DNA of 64,000 bases. It comes from Eledone cirrhosa (taxonomy: Eukaryota). A model generated the notes under the pieces. The model was not told where the DNA came from. It did no database searches and worked only from the letters and a program-made list of their open reading frames with translations. Shown in pieces: positions 1 to 14,111 of this stretch. The stretch covers positions 2,976,001 to 3,040,000 of the forward strand of contig OZ024765.1 of the NCBI GenBank assembly GCA_964016885.1, read 5' to 3'. The stretch's first letter is position 1. Each line of letters opens with the position of its first letter. Position numbers and translations under genes: made by a program.

Positions 1-775
1 TCTTTTCTTTGTTCACACCTTGCTGAAACTGTTTTGAGGACTGGAGTGTATAAATACATGTGTATATATATATATATGTGTGTGTGTGTGTATGTATATG
101 TATATATATGTGTATGTATATATATGTATGTATATATGTGTGTATATATAGATATATATACACATGTATATATGTGTGTATATATAGATATATATGCACA
201 TGTATATATGTGTGTGTATATATGTATATGTATATATGTGTGTATATATAGATATATATGCACATGTATATATGTATATGTATATATGTGTGTGTATATA
301 TGTATATGTATATATATGTGTGTGTGTATATGTATATATGTGTGTATATATAGATATATATACACATGTATATATGTATATGTATATATGTGTGTATTTA
401 TAGATATATATACATACATATATATATACACATACACATATATATATATGCATATACATGCACTCATATATAAATAGACTCAGGCTGGTAAACAAAATTA
501 TATGAACACACACATACACACACTATTGCCTTAGAGCTGCTTCTACTACACCCCACCCCATCATTATATGGCCTAAATATATATACATATGTATACACAC
601 ATCCTTGGCCTTTGCAAACAACACTCTAAAGTCCTATCTTGTTTCAGAAATGGAGCTAAAGTGATGTTAGTTATTACAATGATGATGATTTATGTATGTG
701 TGTGTATGAATGTATATATATATATATAATATAATAAATAACAAAGAACGCCTATAGCATATGCATATCTTTACT

Positions 776-821
776 TGCTAACATTGTTTCATCCGCACTA
801 TAAGTGGGACTCATCAGAGCA
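776..821 (-). ncRNA. Minimal type I hammerhead ribozyme motif (Penelope-like element type)
   Basis: Minus strand: TGCT-CTGATGA-GTCCcacttatagtgcGGAT-GAAAC-AAT-GTT-AGCA. Stems I, II and III all pair. Confidence 0.72.
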
Positions 822-2107
822 TAAAGGTTAATTACATACCATACAAGCAATAACAAATCCAAGACATTGAAGAATGAAAAATAATAATAGACGATAAAGG
901 ATATTAAGGAAGTAAAAATAAAGATAAGCATAAAAATAAAAATAAAAATAAGATAATAAAATAAACAATGAAAAATAAGGGGTGCTATCAGTCACAGTTG
1001 GGCGGGGTGCTGTCAACATATAGTTACATACAAGCATACACATGGATAAGAGAACAGACAAGAGTAGATAAGATAGATAGGATTAGGTAAGAGTAGGTAA
1101 AAAATAGGTGAAAAACAGACTTATAATATATATAAGAAAATATAAAGAAGTATATAACAAACTTACATATAAAATATAAAATATACAGATAATAGTGATA
1201 CAGGGTAAGGAATGAGATAAAATAATATAAAATTAAAATTAAAATTATATAAAATAGAACATAATATAATATAATCATAAAATAAGATAAAATAAGGTAA
1301 ACTAAAATAAAATAAAATAGACTAAATTAAAATAATATAATATAAGATATAATTAAATGTAATTAAATAAATAAATAAATAAAAATTAAATAAATAAATA
1401 AAATTAAAATTAAAATTAAGTTTAAATAAATAAATAAATAAATAAGTAAATAAATAAATAAATAAATAAATGGAATTAAATAAGTAAATAAATAAAATTA
1501 GATAACATGAAATGAAATAAAATAAAATAAAATGAAATAAAGTAAATTGAGATAAGATATATATTTTTTTAGAATATATCTCTTGAATATATCAGGGGCC
1601 CACGAAGGCACTAAGTGTCACAGTTATGTGTATCACTTGACCATTCTTTTAAAATATATCTCTTGAAAATATCAGGGGCCCACGAAGGCACTAAGTGTCA
1701 CAGTCACCAGTATCACTTGACCATTGCAAGGCAATGGAGGCGTCCCAGGTTGGGCAGTCCCAAAAGTTCACTCGAAAGTCGCGGGTGTGCATTCACACAG
1801 TTGAGCGGTGGGGTAATCACAAACCGGTTCACACCCGGGCAGGAGTCCAATGGTCAGAGAGAGGTGCATCGAAGGGAGGTAGAAGAATTCACGTGCATTA
1901 GCAAGCGAGGTGCAGGCGGGTTAGCCAAAGCAAGCAGACACAGTTGGAGCGCATACAAAAGATATATAAAAAGACAGAAGATATATAAAAAATAGCTTCA
2001 AGAGCCATTAAGTCACCGCATTGGGACATCACAAGATTGTGCACATCAATATGTTCAGCACGTATATGCACATATACACACCACATGCATATGCAGAGAC
2101 GGTATAC

Positions 2108-2138
<31 letters not shown>

Positions 2139-2365
2139 AATATATATACAGACATATACAACCACCTACACCCATACACATATAAATGTATACACGGACA
2201 CACACGCACACACACACAGCGTAGGACACCCGAGTCAAAGCTGATATTAAACACCGAAATACCACATTAGGCCAGACCCACCACCACGGATAATACATTC
2301 AAAATAAATACATACGATGAGATGTAGTAAAATAAAGTTGAAATCCTACGGAGATATTCATGTCA

Positions 2366-2419
<54 letters not shown>

Positions 2420-2709
2420 CGAAAAATGGAACGGGAACAAAACAGAGAGGCAGTACGAACAAAGGTTTATTAGTTTCACGCTCTTGAGAGTGGGGGAGGA
2501 GGGGGGGGATGGGGAACGACGTTTCGGGCATAAGCCCTTCATCAAGCGAAAAGTGTGTTGGAAGAGAGTTCCAAGGGTGTGTAAGGAAGTGGGGGAGAAA
2601 CATTTAGAAAAAAGGGGGGGTGGAAGGGGTACAAATGAAAATAAATATAAAAAAATAATAAAAATAAAAGATAAACAAGTGGTAATAAAAGATAAACAGG
2701 TGTTATGAT

Positions 2710-3720
2710 AAAAAGCTCGCAGTCCACACTGTAAAGTGGTCATGTAGGAGTCACAACAAAAAGTACCCAGTCCACACTGTAAAGTGGTCATGTAGGAGTC
2801 ACAACAAAAAGTACCCAGTCTACACTGTAAAGTGGTCATGTAGGAGTCACAACAAAAAGTACCCAGTCTACACTGTAAAGTGGTCATGTAGGTGTCACAA
2901 CAAAAAGTACCCAGTCTACACTGTAAAGTGGTCATGTAGGAGTCACAACAAAAAGTACCCAGTCTACACTGTAAAGTGGTCATGTAGGTGTCACAACAAA
3001 AAGTACCCAGTCTACACTGTAAAGTGGTCATGTAGGTGTCACAACAAAAAGTACCCAGTCTACACTGTAAAGTGGTCATGTAGGAGTCACAACAAAAAGC
3101 ACCTAGTCCACACTGTAAAGTGGTCGTGTAGGTGTCACAACAAAAAGCTCGCAGTCCACACTGTAAAGTGGTCATGTAAGTGTCACAACAAAAAGTACCC
3201 AGTCTACACTGTAAAGTGGTCATGTAGGAGTCACAACAAAAAGCACCCAGTCCACACTGTAAAGTGGTCATGTAGGTGTCACAACAAAAAGCACCCAGTC
3301 CACACTGTAAAGTGGTCATGTAGGAGTCACAACAAAAAGTACCCAGTCTACACTGTAAAGTGGTCATGTAGGTGTCACAACAAAAAGCTCGCAGTCCACA
3401 CTGTAAAGTGGTCATGTAGGAGTCACAACAAAAAGCACCCAGTCCACACTGTAAAGTGGTCATGTAGGTGTCACAACAAAAAGTACCCAGTCTACACTGT
3501 AAAGTGGTCATGTAGGTGTCACAACAAAAAGCTCGCAGTCCACACTGTAAAGTGGTCATGTAGGAGTCACAACAAAAAGCACCCAGTCCACACTGTAAAG
3601 TGGTCATGTAGGTGTCACAACAAAAAGTACCCAGTCTACACTGTAAAGTGGTCATGTAGGTGTCACAACAAAAAGCTCCCAGTCCACACTGTAAAGTGGT
3701 CATGTAGGTGCCACAACAAT
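2710..3720. repeat. 48-bp minisatellite (~21 units) derived from the SINE B internal region
   Basis: Unit cagtccacactgtaaagtggtcatgtaggtgtcacaacaaaaagcacc. Same family at 5540-6030, 8965-9838 (inverted) and 38636-38870. Confidence 0.92.
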
Positions 3721-3964
3721 ATTTGCTTTAGGATCCTTGGAAGATGGAGGTGGGTGGTGTAAGTTGAGTAGGGGGGAGTGGTGTGGGGTGGTTGTTTCTA
3801 TGCAGATTAACCCACAAATATTATCTCATTTGCTAACCATAAACATATGAAGTTTCGCCCCCCTCCCCTTCCCCCTCTCTACACCCCCTCCCCATTCTCT
3901 CTTTCTTTTCTGCGTATGTGGGCTTCGATGTCACAGTATGGTGACTCATCAGTTAGGGAAAATA

Positions 3965-4155
3965 CAAATAATTGTTTCTACTTTAGGCACAAGGCCAGCA
4001 ATTACCCAGTACATTACTGGTACTTTATTTTATCGACCCCGTAAGGATGAAAGGCAAAGTTAACCTCGGCGGGATTTGAACTCACACTGTAAAGGGACGT
4101 AACTATGCTGGAAAGCATGGCGTCCGACCCTCTACCGATACTGCCAATCCGCCGA
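3965..4155 (-). mobile_element. SINE family A copy
   Basis: Reverse complement of the family A consensus. Confidence 0.8.
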
Positions 4156-6610
4156 ATGATTTCATTTATTGGCCACAAGGGCAGACATATAGGGGACAAT
4201 ACAAGAAACTTGTATGGTTTGAAAGAATATGAATATAAAAATCTCAAACACAAACCCTTATAAATGAATATCACTTCACCCCAAATCCATCATAAAAGAA
4301 ACAACAAAGATAACAATAATGGTGATGGTGATGATGATAGTGATGATGGTGATGAGGATGATAGTGATGATGGTGATGAAAAAGAGGAGGGTGACGATGT
4401 TTTTGTTGTTCTCTATGGTGATGAACATATAACGGAATACTCCTATGTTTTAATGGCGAATAGACACACACACAGACACACACACACACACATAGTAAGT
4501 GCAGGGATATCAAAATTGATGGTAGTTACGGAGTAGGCAGACCCAGAAAAACCTGGTACGATCTGATAAATTCCGACATTTTTACACATTTACATCTCTC
4601 TAAGACAATGTCACTGAACCGAGATCTTTGGCGCTTCGCAGTAAAACAGAAAACCCGCCTTGCCTATGTACAAAGCGAAACCTACAGTCAGTAGGCACCT
4701 CTTAACCAAATATACACCCCAATCCAATATCCCTACCCTATCCTCCCACTCCCACCAACACCACCCTCTCTCTGTAAAGTTGGTACCACAACATCCAGTC
4801 CAAATAAATGAGAATTGTTTCTACTTTAGGCACAAGGCCAGCAATTACCCAATGTATTACTGGTACTTTATTTTATCGACTCCGTAAGGATGAAAGGCAA
4901 AGTTAACCTCAATGAGATCGAGATCGTGTAGGTGTCACAACAAAAAAAACACACACAGTCCACGGTGTAATGTGGTTGTGTAGGTAACACGGTAAAAAGT
5001 TCCCAGTTCCACACTGTAAATGTGGTTGGTGTTAGGAAGGGCAAGCAGACGTAGAAAACCTGCCAGATAGTCCTGTATGAGCGAGACACGGTCACCCGAC
5101 CAACCTTGCCTCAAGTGGGACAACTCCCGTCTAACCCATGCTAGTGTGGAAGATGGACGTTAAACGATGATGATGATGATGTACACACACACACACACTT
5201 ATACATTAATTCACATATGTATATATATACACACACACACACTTATACATTAATTCACACACGTATATACACACACACACTTATACATTAATTCACACAC
5301 GTATATACACACACACACTTATACATTAATTCACACACGTATATACATACACTGATGCAGCCATATACTTAAACATCTCAAACACAATATACGTGAGTCA
5401 CACTGACAAACCCAAATAAACAAATGAAAAAATAAACAACACCCTTCTTCCTTTTTGGCCCCTTATTCCTGAGAGGCTCATGGGGGCAGAGTCCTCAAAC
5501 ACTCCTTACAGTGGGTCCTGTCAGAAGCAACCGTCTTGTAGGGGACATGACAAAAATCCCCCAGTACACACTGTGAAGAGGTCATGTTGGTGACACTATC
5601 AGCAGTGCCCTGTCCCCACTGTAGAGTGGTTGTGTTGGTGTCATGACAAAAAGCACCCAGTCCACTCTGTAAGGTGGTTGTGTTGGTGACATAACAGAAT
5701 GCACCCAGTCCACACTATAAAGTGGTTGTGCTGGTGACATAGCAGAATGCACCCAGTCCACCCTGTAAGGTGGTTGTGTTGGTGACATTTCAAAAGGCAC
5801 CCAGTCCACACTATAAAGTGGTTGTGTAGGTGAGACAACAAAAAGCCCCAGTACACACTGTAAAGTGGTCATGTTGATGACAATCAAGAGTGCTCAGTCC
5901 CCAATGTAGAGTGGTTGTGTTGGTGACCTGACAAAAAGCACCCAGTCCACACTGTAAAGTGGTCATGTAGGTGTCACAACAAAAAGTACCCAGTCCACAC
6001 TGTAAACTAGTCGTTTCGGTGTCATGTTAAAATGCATGCACCACTCATTGTAAATGTGGTTGGTATTAGGAAGGGCATCCAGCTGTAGAAGCCAAGCCAG
6101 AGACAGTTCTGTATGAGCTGGAGATGGCCAGCTGATCTAACTTGTTACACAATGGGACAACTTGTCTAACCCATGCTAGCGTGGAAAAATGGACATTAAT
6201 CAGTGATGATCATGACTGATATATATATATATATAGTGTGGGTAGTACACTGGAGTCGTGTCCATAACTCCTACGGGGTACCTTGCGCCAATCCCCTGCG
6301 AAACGTGCGTAACATGTCGATAAACAAAAAATATTTTTCATATGTAAACGAAACTTTCTTTTTTTATTAAATATATATATACACACACATACAGAATGTC
6401 CCCCAAAAATGTATACACACTTCGATTACCTGTACAGGTAATATTTATTAGAATGTCGAATGCTGTTAAAGCGTGTATACAAAGGAGGGAGTGTGAGAGG
6501 AAGACTAGAGTTACGGTCCGTAACTGATGTGGAACTCTCCAGTAAAAAAACAGCTAAGGAAAGCAGAAATGGTGTTTTGTTGAGTGTTGTGTGTGAATGT
6601 CTAGTAGAAG

Positions 6611-6756
6611 ATGTCAGAGTCCAGTTTAAGTCTGTTGGAACTGCCCGATGCCGTTTTATTAAGGATCTTCACATATTTACCCATCACTGATGTCTATCAA
6701 CTCTCCAAGAGCAACACCAAGCTCCATTGTCTCTGCTATGACAAGTATGTTGTGAG
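6611..6756 (+). CDS. FBXL18: FBXL18 coding exon 1 (F-box domain)
   Basis: ATG at 6611 with in-frame upstream TAG. Translates [48 protein letters not shown] (F-box consensus LxxLPxxxLxxIFxYL). Donor AG|gtgagt, phase 2, matches exon 2. Not in the ORF track. Confidence 0.9.
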
Positions 6757-6825
6757 GTGAGTCGGGCATTTCGATTGCATCTTGTCATTCAAATTCGTCT
6801 CCCGAGTACCACGTCTTCTGTAAAC

Positions 6826-6858
<33 letters not shown>

Positions 6859-6859
6859 A

Positions 6860-6894
<35 letters not shown>

Positions 6895-7294
6895 CAGGTA
6901 TATATATATGTGTGTGTCTATATATATATATATATGTGTGTGTGTGTATATATATATATATATACACATACATATACATACAGGTATATATATATGTGTG
7001 TGTGTTTATATATATATATATATATACATACACATATATGTATATATATATATATATGTGTGTGTATATATATATATATGTGTGTGTATATATATATATA
7101 TGTGTGTGTGTGTGTATATATATACTTGTTAACTGTATATACTATACATACTGTCTATATATTAATACTACATAGAATAGTTTGTATATTACGACGATAT
7201 ACCCGTTAACAATATACACATAACACTATATAGATATATATACTCGTTAACTATATACATACACTACACTGTCTGTATATATATATGTCCTCGG

Positions 7295-7350
<56 letters not shown>

Positions 7351-7562
7351 CAGTGTAGTGTATATATATATATATATATATGACACTTTGGGAGGGTCAT
7401 TTTGCTAATAAAGAAAATCTTTCAAAAGAAATATATATATAAATATATATGTATATACGTATATGTATTACTATTAAACACTCGTTAACTATACGCACTC
7501 AAGCATCACCTCTATTACTTTATGTTACATTCCATCATCCATCTCAAACATCCTTTCCAACC

Positions 7563-7604
<42 letters not shown>

Positions 7605-7795
7605 GAAAGGTATATAAATATATATTTCTATATATATATATATAAAAGGTATATATATATATATATATACAGAGAGAGAGAGAGAACGCAAATATCGTCA
7701 AAGGATGATATTTGTTTTTGAAATGCGCATAATAAAATACATGGAACTCTTTTAACCATCTTTTAATTTCTTCTTATATACATATATATATATAT

Positions 7796-7923
7796 ATAGG
7801 AACGAGTAGGACCCCGACGGCTGAGCTCAAGCCGTTTCGACGGCTAATTCTGGACTAAAATCAGTCCAGAATTAGCTGTCGAAACGGCTTGAGCTCAGCC
7901 GTCGGGGTCCTACTCGTTCCTAT
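7796..7923. repeat. ~60-bp-stem hairpin element (dispersed family)
   Basis: ataggaacgagtaggaccccgacgg...ggact-aaaatc-agtcc...ccgtcggggtcctactcgttcctat. Relatives at 51171-51365, 55226-55398 and 48390-48450. Confidence 0.85.
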
Positions 7924-7999
7924 TACCCACTCTACTACCCTAAGTATTGAGTACTTTGGTGCGTTATGGTCCACCTGGTTCCTTACCACATCCCCTTCG

Positions 8000-8046
<47 letters not shown>

Positions 8047-8122
8047 GAAATACTGTATGCTTCTTGTTCATAATAATTTCTATACTTTTCATTTATATAT
8101 ATACATATATATATGCATACAG

Positions 8123-8176
<54 letters not shown>

Positions 8177-8964
8177 CATACAGGTGTGTGTATATATATA
8201 TATATATATATTGTTTTAAGATCACGAGTAACTTCTGGTCATCTCCGTGTCAAACAGTGGACCATTTAATTCTTATCCACATGACATCAGTGCAGCATCC
8301 TTGGTCTACTCTTATATACACTCACGGAAATTACTGGAAGTGTCTGGCATATAACCAACAATTACCATATATTACTGTATATATATGTGTGTGTATGTAT
8401 GTACAATACTGTATATATTATACACACATTATATATTAATATATACTTTATTATTTATTAAAGCAAATTTTAATGAAAAGCTATATTTCTGTGTGTTTGT
8501 GTGTGCGTATATATACGTGTGTTTGTGTGTGCGTATATATATATATATATATACATTAAATATCCAAATTAAATATCCCTTTTGCTTATACACACTATCC
8601 CTTTTGCTTATACACACACATATATATAGGGTTGGGTGGCGTGGCTTAGATGTTAGTGTTGGTTTCACAATTGTGAGGTGAATTCAATTTCACCAACCAA
8701 GTGTTGTGTCCTTGAGCAAGACACTTTATTTCACGTTGCTCCAGTTCACCAGCTGTGTTGCATCAGCTTTTGCCTCACCCTTGGATGACATCATATATAG
8801 TGTATTATATATATATATTTTTTTTTTCCATGCTATCATGGGTTAGACTGGTGGTCCAGATATATAAACCAAGCCAGAGCAGATGGCTGTCTCCAGCTTA
8901 CACAGGACCGACTTTGGTTTGGTTTCTATGGCTGGATGTCCTTCCTAATGCCAACTACATTTAC

Positions 8965-9838
8965 AGTGAGCACTGGGTGCTTTTTATCGTGACACCTACA
9001 CAACCACTTTACAATGGACTGGATGATTTTTGTCATGACATCTACACAACCACTTTACAGTGCGGACTGGGTGCTTTTTGTCATGACATCTACACAACCA
9101 CTTTACAGTGCGGACTGGGTGCTTTTTGTCATGACATCTACACAACCACTTTACAGTGTGGACCGGGTGCATTTTGTCGTGACACCTACATGACCACTTC
9201 AGTGTGGACTGGGTGCTTTTTGTCGTGACACCTACAAGATCATTTCACAGTGTGGACTGGGTGCTTTTTGTTGTGACACCTACATGACCACTTCACAGTG
9301 TGGACTGGGTGCTTTTTGTCGTGACACCTACAAGATCATTTCACAGTGTGGACCGGGTGCTTTTTGTTGTGACACCTACATGACCACTTCAGTGTGGACT
9401 GGGTGCTTTTTGTCGTGACACCTACAAGATCATTTCACAGTGTGGACTGGGTGTTTTTTGTTGTGACACCTACATGACCACTTCACAGTGTGGACTGGGT
9501 GCTTTTTGTCGTGACACCTACAAGATCATTTCACAGTGTGAGCTGGGTGCTTTTATTGTGACACCTACATGACCACTTTACAGTGTGGACTGGGTGCTTT
9601 TTGTCGTGACACCTACATGACCACTTTACAGTGTGGACTGGGTGCTTTTTGTCGTGACACCTACATGACCACTTTACAGTGTGGACTGGGTGTTTTTTGT
9701 CATGACAACCACATGACCACTTTACAGTGTGGACTGGGTGCTTTTTGTCACACCGCCTACACAACCACTTCACAGTGTGGATTAGGTGCTTTTTGTCACA
9801 ACGCCTACATAACCACTTCACAGTGTGGACTGGGCACT
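8965..9838. repeat. 48-bp minisatellite, inverted orientation
   Basis: Reverse complement of the 2710 unit, embedded in a SINE tail. Confidence 0.9.
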
Positions 9839-10019
9839 ATATATAGAATGTATATATAGAATGTATATATAATGTATATAGTTCTCTCATGCAAACCTGT
9901 TTATAATAAAGTGTTTATATTTATGTAAAACCTGCTATTATAATTTTGTATTCCAAACACCAACTTAATAATGAGAAAGTTAGTCATATTATTAAATCCT
10001 TCCAAATACTTGCTGGGGC

Positions 10020-10300
10020 ATGGTTGAACTGAAGAGAAAAACTTGGTATAAGAGGAATTAGATGTAGTGTGTAGGAGAGAAGACTGCACTGGTACAGACA
10101 TGTGATGTGTATGGTTGAACTGAAGAGAAAAACTTGGTATAAGAGGAATTAGATGTAGTGTGTAGGAGAGAAGACTGCACTGGTACAGACATGTGATGTG
10201 TATGGTTGAACTGAAGAGAAGAACTTGGTATAAGAGGAATTAGATGTAGTGTGTAGGAGAGAAGACTGCACTGGTACAGACATGTGATGTGTATGGTTGA
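10020..10300. repeat. 91-bp x3 repeat derived from RTE ORF
   Basis: Matches the RTE segment (LGIRGIRCSV.ERRL..) amplified at 24270-25000. Confidence 0.75.
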
Positions 10301-10325
10301 TGATTGCTTGGTTTTTCTCTCTCTC

Positions 10326-12545
10326 CTTGGGGATATTTCCCTGCCTCCCTGGGGATATTTCCCCTTTCCCTCCCTGGGGATATTTCTCCTGTCTCTCCCT
10401 CCTTGGGAGGTTTTCTCCTATCTCTCCCTCCCTGGGGATATTTCTCCTGTCTCTCCCTCCCTGGGGATATTTCTCCTATCTCTCCCTCCCTGGGGATATT
10501 TCTCCTATCTCTCCCTCCCTGGGGATATTTCTCCTGTCTCTCCCTCCCTGGGGATATTTCTCCTATCTCTCCCTCCCTGGGGATATTTCTCCTATCTCTC
10601 CCTCCCTGGGGATATTTCTCCTGTCTCTCCCTCCCTGGGGATATTTCTCCTATCTCTCCCTCCCTGGGGATATTTCTTCTGTCTCTCCCTCCCTGGGGAT
10701 ATTTCTCCTGTCTCTCCCTCCCTGGGGATATTTCTCCTGTCTCTCCCTCCCTGGGGATATTTCTCCTATCTCTCCCTCCCTGGGGATATTTCTCCTGTCT
10801 CTCCCTCCCTGGGGATATTTCTCCTGTCTCTCCCTCCCTGGGGATATTTCTCCTATCTCTCCCTCCCTGGGGATATTTCTCCTGTCTCTCCCTCCCTGGG
10901 GATATTTCTCCTGTCTCTCCCTCCCTGGGGATATTTCTCCTATCTCTCCCTCCCTGGGGATATTTCTCCTGTCTCTCCCTCCCTGGGGATATTTCTCCTG
11001 TCTCTCCCTCCCTGGGGATATTTCTCATGTCTCTCCCTCCCTGGGGATATTTCTCCTATCTCTCCCTCCCTGGGGATATTTCTCCTGTCTCTCCCTCCCT
11101 GGGGATATTTCTCCTGTCTCTCCCTCCCTGGGGATATTTCTTCTGTCTCTCCCTCCCTGGGGATATTTCTCCTGTCTCTCCCTCCCTGGGGATATTTCTC
11201 CTGTCTCTCCCTCCCTGAGGATATTTCTCCTATCTCTCCCTCCCTGGGGATATTTCTCCTGTCTCTCCCTCCCTGGGGATATTTCTCCTATCTCTCCCTC
11301 CCTGGGGATATTTCTCCTGTCTCTCCCTCCCTGGGGATATTTCTCCTGTCTCTCCCTCCCTGGGGATATTTCTCCTGTCTCTCCCTCCCTGGGGATATTT
11401 CTCCTGTCTCTCCCTCCCCGGGGATATTTCTCCTGTCTCTCCCTCCCTGGGGATATTTCTCCTGTCTCTCCCTCCCTGGGGATATTTCTCCTGTCTCTCC
11501 CTCCCTGGGGATATTTCTCCTGTCTCTCCCTCCCCGGGGATATTTCTCCTATCTCTCCCTCCCTGGGGATATTTCTCCTGTCTCTCCCTCCCTGGGGATA
11601 TTTCTCCTGTCTCTCCCTCCCTGGGGATATTTCTCCTATCTCTCCCTCCCTGGGGATATTTCTCCTGTCTCTCCCTCCCTGGGGATATTTCTCCTATCTC
11701 TCCCTCCCTGGGGATATTTCTCCTGTCTCTCCCTCCCTGGGGATATTTCTCCTATCTCTCCCTCCCTGGGGATATTTCTTCTGTCTCTCCCTCCCTGGGG
11801 ATATTTCTCCTGTCTCTCCCTCCCTGGGGATATTTCTCCTATCTCTCCCTCCCTGGGGATATTTCTCCTGTCTCTCCCTCCCTGGGGATATTTCTCCTTT
11901 CTCTCCCTCCCTGGGGATATTTCTCCTGTCTCTCCCTCCCTGAGGATATTTCTCCTATCTCTCCCTCCCTGGGGATATTTCTCCTGTCTCTCCCTCCCTG
12001 GGGATATTTCTCCTATCTCTCCCTCCCTGGGGATATTTCTCCTGTCTCTCCCTCCCTGGGGATATTTCTCCTATCTCTCCCTCCCTGGGGATATTTCTCC
12101 TGTCTCTCCCTCCCTGGGGATATTTCTCCTGTCTCTCCCTCCCTGGGGATATTTCTCTTGTCTCTCCCTCCCTGGGGATATTTCTCCTGTCTCTCCCTCC
12201 CTGGGGATATTTCTCCTGTCTCTTCCTCCCTGGGGATATTTCTCCTGTCTCTCCCTCCCTGGGGATATTTCTCCTATCTCTCCCTCCCTGGGGATATTTC
12301 TCCTGTCTCTCCCTCCCTGGGGATATTTCTCCTGTCTCTCCCTCTCTGGGGATATTTCTCCTATCTCTCCCTCCCTGGGGATATTTCTCCTTTCTCTCCC
12401 TCCCCGGGGATATTTCTCCTTTCTCTCCCTCCCCGGGGATATTTCTCCTATCTCTCCCTCCCCGGGGATATTTCTCCTGTCTCTCCCTCCCTGGGGATAT
12501 TTCTCCTGTCTCTCCCTCCCTGGGGATATTTCTCCTGTCTCTCAT
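10326..12545. repeat. 29-bp minisatellite (~76 units)
   Basis: Unit ccctccctggggatatttctcctRtctct; explains ORFs 10240-12581. Confidence 0.96.
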
Positions 12546-12615
12546 TCCTCTGGGATGTTTTCTTTTTATTCATTTCTCTAATTTTTATTTTGTTTCTGTT
12601 TCTCTCCCGCTGCAG

Positions 12616-13501
12616 GTCCCTCCATCTCAGCTGTTTCCATGAAATGTCCAAGGATATATACAAGGAGATCATAAACAACTCGTTTCGCCACATCAGCAAG
12701 CTGGACTTGAACCACTGCTACTGGCTTCCGGCCCAGGTTGTCACGGAGATGATCCTCAAGTGCAAGAAAATCACCGACCTACACTTGATAGAGTGCAAAC
12801 TCCGCTCACAGCAGCTTGTCCAGATCCTCGCTAAGAACCAGCTGATCCGCGTCTTCTCCTGCTCCATAACCAGCATCACGGATATTACGGAACAGGTGAT
12901 GCAGAACACTGCGGCTCAGAGCACTTTGTGGCACCTTAAGAAACTCTGTCTCCACTTCAAGCAGGAGACGTGTAAGTTCGACTTGTCCGTCTCGGTGAAT
13001 TTCGTTCATAACACCTCCTTGTTCCATTACTGCGGTAACCTTGAGAGCCTGCGCGTGCTTGGCACCCCACACCGAGGCCTACCCAAAGACATGCTCAGCC
13101 CTCTAATCCTGAACGTTAACAACTTCCAGAGAATAAAAGAACTCGCAATAAACGATGCTGCTGATCCAGCTGCTAGGATCTTCTTCTTCGGGACCTTGCT
13201 GGAGTTGTGTAAGGTGGACCTACATTTGAAAACCCTGCTGAAGCCTATGGCAAACCTCACCACCAAACCATACTTTGCGAACATTTTTAAAAACATGTCG
13301 GAAATGGAGAACCTTGATCTGTCTCGGTCAAACATTGAGGTCCCTATGGACATGATAAAATGGGAAGAGGCCGTAAACCTCCGACATCTAAATCTGCTTG
13401 AGAACATCAAAATAAACAGCGAACAGCTGTCCACTCTAGCTGGCTCCTGTCCTCATATTGTCAGTCTTAATCTCCAGTATTGTATCTCTTCTTTTCAAGC
13501 C
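12616..13501 (+). CDS. FBXL18: FBXL18 coding exon 2 (leucine-rich repeats)
   Basis: Acceptor tctctcccgctgcag|G. Non-repetitive part of ORF 12158..13729 (SLHLSCFHE...ISKLDLNHCYWL...LRHLNLLEN...IVSLNLQYC). Donor GCC|gtacgt, phase 0. Confidence 0.92.
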
Positions 13502-13584
13502 GTACGTACACACACCTTTTCATATATACTTCTCTCTCTCTGTCTTTCTCTCTCTTTTTCTCTGCCTGTCCCTCTCTCTCTTTA

Positions 13585-13632
<48 letters not shown>

Positions 13633-14111
13633 TCTCTTTCTCCTTTCTCTTTCTTGCTTGCTCTCTGTCTCTGTATGTTTCGACACACGCACACACACAC
13701 ACTTACACACACTGACAAAAACACACTGACACACACACACAGACAAAAACACACTGACACACACACACAGACAAAAACACACTGACACACACACACACAC
13801 TGACACACAAATGCACAGGCACACTTACACACACACACACAAGCACACACACACAAGCATTCTGACACAAACACATATGCATTGACACACACAAACACAC
13901 ACACACTGACATAAACACACACAGACACACTACTAGGGCACTTTATCATCACCATCATTATTCTCAGGGAGATTCAGCTAGGCTGGCCTTTTAAATTACA
14001 GCAGTGGGGCCTGAAGCAACATGAAATAAAGTATAAAATAAATAAATAAACCAAAATAAAAAGGTAACAAAAAAAAGCGGTTAATTTTTTTTTTCAATTC
14101 ACTCCCCACAG

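Noticed and set aside
13-519. Numerous YI/CV/HT-rich ORFs here and throughout (e.g. 34841-36888, 45232-45952, 54176-56965)
   Set aside because: Translations of (TA)n/(TG)n/(CA)n microsatellites that lack stop codons; no coding signal.
2384-3703. 439-aa Cys-rich repeat ORF (MTTLQCGLGAFCCDTY)n
   Set aside because: A 48-bp SINE-derived minisatellite present in both orientations at several loci; no unique protein-like termini.
10240-12581. Long ORFs of 262-765 aa (SLPPWGYFS... / ISPGRERQEK...)
   Set aside because: A 29-bp satellite (not a multiple of 3) giving the same peptide in all frames; lies in FBXL18 intron 1.
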